From contig CAZRAM010000002.1 in NCBI GenBank assembly GCA_964598145.1, positions 403,795-467,794 of the forward strand: a DNA stretch of 64,000 bases, given 5' to 3'. This document shows positions 59,046 through 64,000 of the stretch, one piece after another. How positions within the stretch are numbered: position 1 is the stretch's first letter; each line of letters opens with the position of its first letter. The stretch comes from an uncultured Pseudomonadales bacterium. Lineage in GTDB: Bacteria; Pseudomonadota; Gammaproteobacteria; Pseudomonadales; JAHEIH01. A program made the translations under genes and the position numbers. The notes beneath the pieces were generated by a model. The model had not been told where the DNA came from and did no database searches. It was given only the letters and a program-made list of their open reading frames with translations.

Positions 59046-60440
59046 CTAACCCTCCATTGCTTCCAGTTCTTGGCCCTTGGTTTCGTGCACGTATGCGATG
59101 ACAAATCCGATCGACAGCAGAGCAAAGAAGGCGTAGATCGCATAGGCCGCCCCCAGACCAATACCTGCCAGCATGATGGGGAAGGTAATGGTGATCAGGA
59201 AGTTGGTAATCCATTGCGCTAGGCCGGTAACGGCTAAGCCTGAGCCGCGCATCCGGTTGGGGAACATTTCGCCCAGCATCACCCACATGATCGGCCCCCA
59301 GGACATGTTGAAAAAGAACACATAGGCATTGGCGGCGATCAGTGCCACGGGGCCCCATTCACCCATACTCAAGGCGCCGTTGGCATCAATGTTGGCATTG
59401 AGAAAGGCTACCGCCATGGTGCCAAGCGTTAAGGTCATGCCTATCGAACCGTATTTCAGGATGGGCTTGCGGCCGACTTTGTCGATGATGGCCACCGTAA
59501 TCACGCAAGCGGCGATACTGACCGCGCCGCTAATGACGTTGATCAAAAGCGCGTCTGATTCCGAGAAACCCACCGCCTGCCACAGCACGGCGCCGTAGTA
59601 GAACACCACGTTGATGCCCACTAATTGCTGGAATATCGCCAAGCCAAAACCTACCCATACAATTTTACGCAGCCCGCCTTTGTGGGTATCGATGAGATCG
59701 CGCAGTGCTGGTTTGTGATCGCCGGCGAGCGATTGTTTGATATCTTCGAGTTTGTCGTCGCCTTCGCGATCACCGTACAGGCGTTTCAAAATGCCCTTGG
59801 CTTCAGTCAGTTTCTCCTGTGCCACTAAATAGCGTGGGCTTTCTGGGATGAACAACAACAGCAGTAAAAACAGCACCGCTGGGGCCAATTCGATCCAGAA
59901 CATCCAGCGCCAGGCGGCGTAATCCAACCACAGCGGTTGCATGGAAGAACCAGCGACATCGGCCAGTAAATAGTTGCTCAAAAAGGCCACAAACAGCCCG
60001 GTGATAATGGCAATCTGTTGTACCGTAGCCAGCATGCCGCGGTAGTGCGCAGGTGAGATTTCAGCGATGTAGGCGGGCGCCATCACTGAGGCGCCGCCGA
60101 CCGCAAGACCACCGAGGATACGGTAGAACACGAATTCACCCGACGAACCGGCGATACCCGATCCCCAAGCGCTGATGATGAAAAACACCGCAGAGGCAAT
60201 CAGTAACGGACGTCGACCGAAGACGTCGGCCAGTCGTCCGGCGAAGAAGGCGCCGACCGCACAACCGAGCAACATGCTCGAGACGTTGAAGCCGGTACCG
60301 ATGCTCTCGGAGTTAAAGGCGCTGCGCAGACCGTCTACGGTGCCGTTGATGACACCGCTGTCGAAGCCGAACAGAAAACCACCGATGGTGGCGATCAAAC
60401 TGACGAAGATAATCGTCTTGTGGTTGGTATTGTCGTGCAT
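59046..60440 (-). CDS. MFS sugar porter (GalP/XylE-type sugar:H+ symporter)
   Basis: 464 aa with sugar-porter signatures GFLFGFDSGVINGT, GRLADVFGRRP, PESPRYL and PETKG-like HETKGQELE. Confidence 0.92.
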   Translation of the reverse strand: MHDNTNHKTIIFVSLIATIGGFLFGFDSGVINGTVDGLRSAFNSESIGTGFNVSSMLLGCAVGAFFAGRLADVFGRRPLLIASAVFFIISAWGSGIAGSSGEFVFYRILGGLAVGGASVMAPAYIAEISPAHYRGMLATVQQIAIITGLFVAFLSNYLLADVAGSSMQPLWLDYAAWRWMFWIELAPAVLFLLLLLFIPESPRYLVAQEKLTEAKGILKRLYGDREGDDKLEDIKQSLAGDHKPALRDLIDTHKGGLRKIVWVGFGLAIFQQLVGINVVFYYGAVLWQAVGFSESDALLINVISGAVSIAACVITVAIIDKVGRKPILKYGSIGMTLTLGTMAVAFLNANIDANGALSMGEWGPVALIAANAYVFFFNMSWGPIMWVMLGEMFPNRMRGSGLAVTGLAQWITNFLITITFPIMLAGIGLGAAYAIYAFFALLSIGFVIAYVHETKGQELEAMEG

Positions 60441-60470
60441 GGCATGACCCTTATTGTTATTGCTTTGAAT

Positions 60471-63326
60471 TTATTGATGGAAAGATACACTGACGGCCTG
60501 ACCACTATAGGTCAGTTCGCGTTGCTCGGTTTCCGCGTCAACCCCTTGCCCTGCACGGTGCAAACGCACAATGACGTGTCGCTCTTGCGCCATGCCTGGG
60601 TAGCTCCCCTGGCGACCAGCAATCGACAGCGTGGCGGCGGCGTCATTCCAGTGAAGGCCGAGGCGACTGAAGGCACCCTGAGCGTACTGCATCGACACGC
60701 CGTCGTCCTCATAGAGATCAAACTGACCGTCTGCCCCTGGCCAGATGTCGACTATAAGTGGCGCATTGGGTATTTCGTCGACGTACTGCATCACCGGTCC
60801 CATGGGGATAATGCTGCCGGCTTTTACAAACACTGGCATCCGCTCAAAGGGAGCATTGGCGTCGATGGTCTTGCCACCTTCAAATAATTCGCCGCTGTTA
60901 AAGTCATACCAATCGCTTCCAGCGGGCAGATAAACGGGTCGGCTAGTGGCACCAAACGATGCTACAGGCGCCACCAGCAGGGAAGGGCCGAACAAGTAGC
61001 TATCGTTAATATGGCGAACATTGGGGTCGTCAAAGTCCATCGCGAGTCCGCGCATGATACTGCCATCGCGGTGGTAGGTGTCGGCGGCTAAGGTGTAGAT
61101 ATAGGGCATCAAGCGGTAGCGCAGCTGGCTATACCACACCATGGAGTCGCGCATGGTGCTGCCTTCGGGTGAGAGGTTGTACACCTCGCGGAAGGGGTAT
61201 TCACCGTGGCTGCGGAACAGGGGAACAAAGGCCCCGAATTGGAACCAACGCAGGTTAAGTTCACGCCATTCTTTTAGATGGGCGGGATCTTCACGCGTGT
61301 AGCGATCTTCGACCGCAAAGCCGCCGATATCAAACGTCCAGTTGGGAATGCCGGCCATCGATAAGTTGACACCGGCAGCCACCTGAGCGGCCATATCGTC
61401 CCAGCGCGCCACAATGTCACCGCTCCACAGCGCCGAGGCGGTGCGCTGAATGCCGCCCCAACCGGCGCGGGTCAAAATGAAGGGACGGGTATCGGGTTGA
61501 CTGGCCATTAAGCCTTCAAATACCCCTTCGCCGTGCACGAGAGGGAAACTGTTGAAATATTCGGCGCCGGGGCCAATGGCAGTGGGGCCCATGCGTTGAG
61601 CGCGCTCTTCCAGCGAGAGGTTGGAGTGAATATCAGGTTCGGTAGCGTCCATCCACCAGGCGTCGATGCCTAGCACGTGTAAGCGCTCTTTCATCTGCTG
61701 CCAATACAGTTGACGGGCTTCGGGTTGATACGGATCGTAATCGGTATTCAGATAGCCGGGGCCAACCCAGTCTTTTTCGCCCACCTCAAGGTTGCCCGGG
61801 TAGAAGTAGCCCTTTTCCTCAAAGGCCTTAAAGTTGTCAGTGTTGGGGTAGAACTTAGGCCACACCGAGATCATGAAGCGTGCGTTTTGAGCGTGCACGC
61901 TATCGACCATCCCTTTGGGATCAGGAAAGCGGCTGGGATCGAATTCGTGGCTTCCCCACTGGTCTTCGCGCCAGTAAAACCAGTCTTGAACAATGTTGTC
62001 GAGCGGGATGTTGAGTTCGCGGTATGTGGCGACCACATCCAGCAGTTCCTGTTGGGTGTGGTAGCGCTGACGACTTTGCCAGAAGCCATAAGCCCACTTG
62101 GGCAGCATGACGGCTTTGCCCGTTAATTGGCGGTAGCCGGCGATAACGTCGTCAATGCTTTGGCCAGGGATGAAGTAGTAGTTCACGGCCTGCGCGACGT
62201 CAGAGCTAAACCACAGCGAGTGGCGGTCGGCGTCTGGAAGGGGGCGGTTGTAGTGCAGCGACATGTAACCCGCATTGGGTTCCCATTCGATGCGGATCGC
62301 TACCGGCTTGCCGGCCTCTAACGGCAGTTCAAAGTTGTGATACCAAGGGTTCCAGTTCTGGCGCCAGCGGTCGAGAATGAGTTCGTCATTGGCGTACAGT
62401 TTGAAATAGCTCGAGCCATACAGTTGAAACTTCCACACGCCAGTCTCATCGGCAGTAACATCGCCCCGCCATATGACACGCTGGGTCTGCACCGCATTAC
62501 CAGCGGTATTTTGCCCGCTATCGGCGGCCACCGTGGTGGCTTTTGCAGCCTCTGGCCAGTGCTGTTGATCGCGGATGTATTGATAGTTGATGGTGGCTTC
62601 TTGGCGCTGCACCGCTAGTTTATCGTTGAGATAGTAACTGGCTGACCATCCCGTTTGACCGTCTGCACTAACCTTGAGTCCGTCACCCACTAGGCGGTAG
62701 GGTGCTGGGTTGCCAAAGCGGCTGATGCTGTTGTTGTCCCACAGTACGCCGTAGCCAGCGTTCGACACCACCATGGGAATGCCAATGTCGATGTTGTGCT
62801 GCAACAGTTCAAGGTCTTCGCCGTTAAAATCCATCTGGCCATTTTGATGTTGGCCAAGACCGTAAAAGCTCTCACTGCTGCCCGCATTGAACTGCTGGCT
62901 GACAGCGACAAAGGGTTGGCCTTCGACCTCAACAGGGGTGAACGTAGGTTGCTTGGACTGCTGCAGCAAAGCCTTGCCTTCGGCATCATAAAACGTCACC
63001 TTGCCTGTATCTAACGCCACTGCCGCACGGCTGTAGTCGGTAGAAATGGTGAGCGTGTTTCCGGTGACATCATGTTGCCAAGCAGCTCGTGAGTCATCGA
63101 CCACCATTAGACTGTCGGGCACGGGACGGTTGGCATCGTCGCGGCTGATAACGTGGAAAATGCCGTTATCTAACACGCTTAGGCTGATATGTTTAGCGGT
63201 GCCATGGGTGGGGTGGACGACCACACCGTGCTCGTTAAGGGTGAAATTTTGGCTGGGCGCATTACTACATGACACTTGAAGTGTCGCCACCAATAAACCG
63301 AGGGGTAGGCTCAATCGCATAGTCAT
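60471..63326 (-). CDS. GH31 glycoside hydrolase (alpha-xylosidase/alpha-glucosidase) with PA14-like insert
   Basis: 951 aa with a signal peptide. GH31 nucleophile region GIDAWWMDATEPD. A PA14-like segment reads WRGDVTADETGVWKFQLYGSSYFKLYANDELILDRW...AGKPVAIRIEWE. The MFS gene follows 30 nt downstream. Confidence 0.9.
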   Translation of the reverse strand: MTMRLSLPLGLLVATLQVSCSNAPSQNFTLNEHGVVVHPTHGTAKHISLSVLDNGIFHVISRDDANRPVPDSLMVVDDSRAAWQHDVTGNTLTISTDYSRAAVALDTGKVTFYDAEGKALLQQSKQPTFTPVEVEGQPFVAVSQQFNAGSSESFYGLGQHQNGQMDFNGEDLELLQHNIDIGIPMVVSNAGYGVLWDNNSISRFGNPAPYRLVGDGLKVSADGQTGWSASYYLNDKLAVQRQEATINYQYIRDQQHWPEAAKATTVAADSGQNTAGNAVQTQRVIWRGDVTADETGVWKFQLYGSSYFKLYANDELILDRWRQNWNPWYHNFELPLEAGKPVAIRIEWEPNAGYMSLHYNRPLPDADRHSLWFSSDVAQAVNYYFIPGQSIDDVIAGYRQLTGKAVMLPKWAYGFWQSRQRYHTQQELLDVVATYRELNIPLDNIVQDWFYWREDQWGSHEFDPSRFPDPKGMVDSVHAQNARFMISVWPKFYPNTDNFKAFEEKGYFYPGNLEVGEKDWVGPGYLNTDYDPYQPEARQLYWQQMKERLHVLGIDAWWMDATEPDIHSNLSLEERAQRMGPTAIGPGAEYFNSFPLVHGEGVFEGLMASQPDTRPFILTRAGWGGIQRTASALWSGDIVARWDDMAAQVAAGVNLSMAGIPNWTFDIGGFAVEDRYTREDPAHLKEWRELNLRWFQFGAFVPLFRSHGEYPFREVYNLSPEGSTMRDSMVWYSQLRYRLMPYIYTLAADTYHRDGSIMRGLAMDFDDPNVRHINDSYLFGPSLLVAPVASFGATSRPVYLPAGSDWYDFNSGELFEGGKTIDANAPFERMPVFVKAGSIIPMGPVMQYVDEIPNAPLIVDIWPGADGQFDLYEDDGVSMQYAQGAFSRLGLHWNDAAATLSIAGRQGSYPGMAQERHVIVRLHRAGQGVDAETEQRELTYSGQAVSVSFHQ

Positions 63327-63438
63327 ATCCTTATCGTTATGCTTTGAGTCTCACGAGTTTTGCTTACAATGACAATATCTCAGCGTCAGATTTTCTAAGA
63401 TTAGCGTTTACATAAGCGCATGCTGCCAGGGATTTATT

Positions 63439-64000
63439 ATGTTTGTTCGTAACTGTTGGTATGTGGCCGGTTGGAGCCACGACGTGGCGCCGGAAAAAAT
63501 CTTCCCGAGTCGTTTGCTGGGCGAGCCGATCGCCATTTATCGCAATGCCGAGGGCACTTTGCGTGCCGTGGCGGATCGATGCCCGCACCGCTTTGCGCCA
63601 TTGTCGTTAGGCTGTGTTGAAGGGGATGGTATTCGCTGTCGCTACCACGGCCTGAAGTTTAATGCCGAAGGACAGTGCGATGAGATTCCCGGCGGCGGCC
63701 CGCTCGATGCGATTCAGCCACTGCGGCACTACCCCGTTGCCGAGCAAGACAGCTGGATCTGGGTGTGGATGGGCGATCACGAGAAAGCGGATACGGCGTT
63801 AATTCCGCGTGCCTTTGGTATTGATAATCCCGCTTTCCATATGCGCGCTGACCACTTCGATTACAAAGCCAATTACATGCTGTTGAACGACAACCTGTGT
63901 GACTTGTCGCACGTGGATTTTGTGCATGAGAACACTCTTGGCCTCGCCACAGGCGGTGGTTGGTCGACACTGCCGGTGGACATTAAGCCCGTCGAGCGCG
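63439..64000 (+). CDS. Rieske [2Fe-2S] aromatic-ring/demethylase-type oxygenase alpha subunit (partial, runs off window)
   Basis: Not in the ORF track because there is no stop in the window. My translation from ATG 63439 is MFVRNCWYVAGWSHDV...CPHRFAPLSLGCVEGDGIRCRYHGLKF..., with the Rieske motif C-x-H-x16-C-x2-H. It resembles VanA/phthalate-family oxygenases. Confidence 0.8.
   Translation, partial: MFVRNCWYVAGWSHDVAPEKIFPSRLLGEPIAIYRNAEGTLRAVADRCPHRFAPLSLGCVEGDGIRCRYHGLKFNAEGQCDEIPGGGPLDAIQPLRHYPVAEQDSWIWVWMGDHEKADTALIPRAFGIDNPAFHMRADHFDYKANYMLLNDNLCDLSHVDFVHENTLGLATGGGWSTLPVDIKPVER

Overview
This is a 64-kb chromosomal segment from a gammaproteobacterium. It holds about 60 densely packed protein-coding genes on both strands. 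I saw no rRNA, tRNA, CRISPR array, transposase, integrase or phage genes. From 1 to 21.8 kb the content is conserved housekeeping: (rbfA)-truB-rpsO-pnp; a PQQ-type sugar dehydrogenase joined to a BtuF/C/D-like ABC importer; smpB; an NSS transporter; ratA-rnfH; bamE; fur; recN with a LexA box; grpE-dnaK-dnaJ-dapB with a sigma-32 promoter; and a LacI-type regulator coupled to glpK-glpD. The fur/bamE/recN/grpE-dnaK-dnaJ-dapB order matches the Pseudomonadales/Cellvibrionales-type arrangement. The lipoprotein GH13 amylase and the PA14-containing GH31 suggest a polysaccharide-degrading lineage, but this is inference only. From 21.8 to 40.7 kb the content looks accessory: a small Rmf/CrpP-like ORF missing from the ORF track, an unknown HxHPW protein, an Lrp-family regulator, a visibly GC-richer umuDC + DUF429 block behind a perfect LexA box, two orphan hybrid histidine kinases (one very large and AT-richer), an internalin-type LRR lipoprotein, the GH13 amylase and dinB. 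The most interesting item is a tightly coupled three-gene locus at 37543-39539 on the minus strand. It encodes a secreted Cys/His-rich precursor peptide, a DUF692 (MNIO) oxidase and a DUF2063 partner. I read it as a bufferin/HvfA-type RiPP metallophore system with an unusual precursor design. From 40.7 to 64 kb the genes cover transport and catabolism: a GntP-like permease, an asparaginase-M20-aminotransferase cluster divergent from astD, a CBM9/DUF5916 outer-membrane protein, DUF2237-TauE, an M28 peptidase, an aldo-keto reductase, a HAD hydrolase, rhlE, a Fur-box-controlled small TonB-dependent receptor, a GH31-MFS sugar operon and a truncated Rieske oxygenase. All calls rest on reading the translations and the DNA by eye. 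No database search was run.
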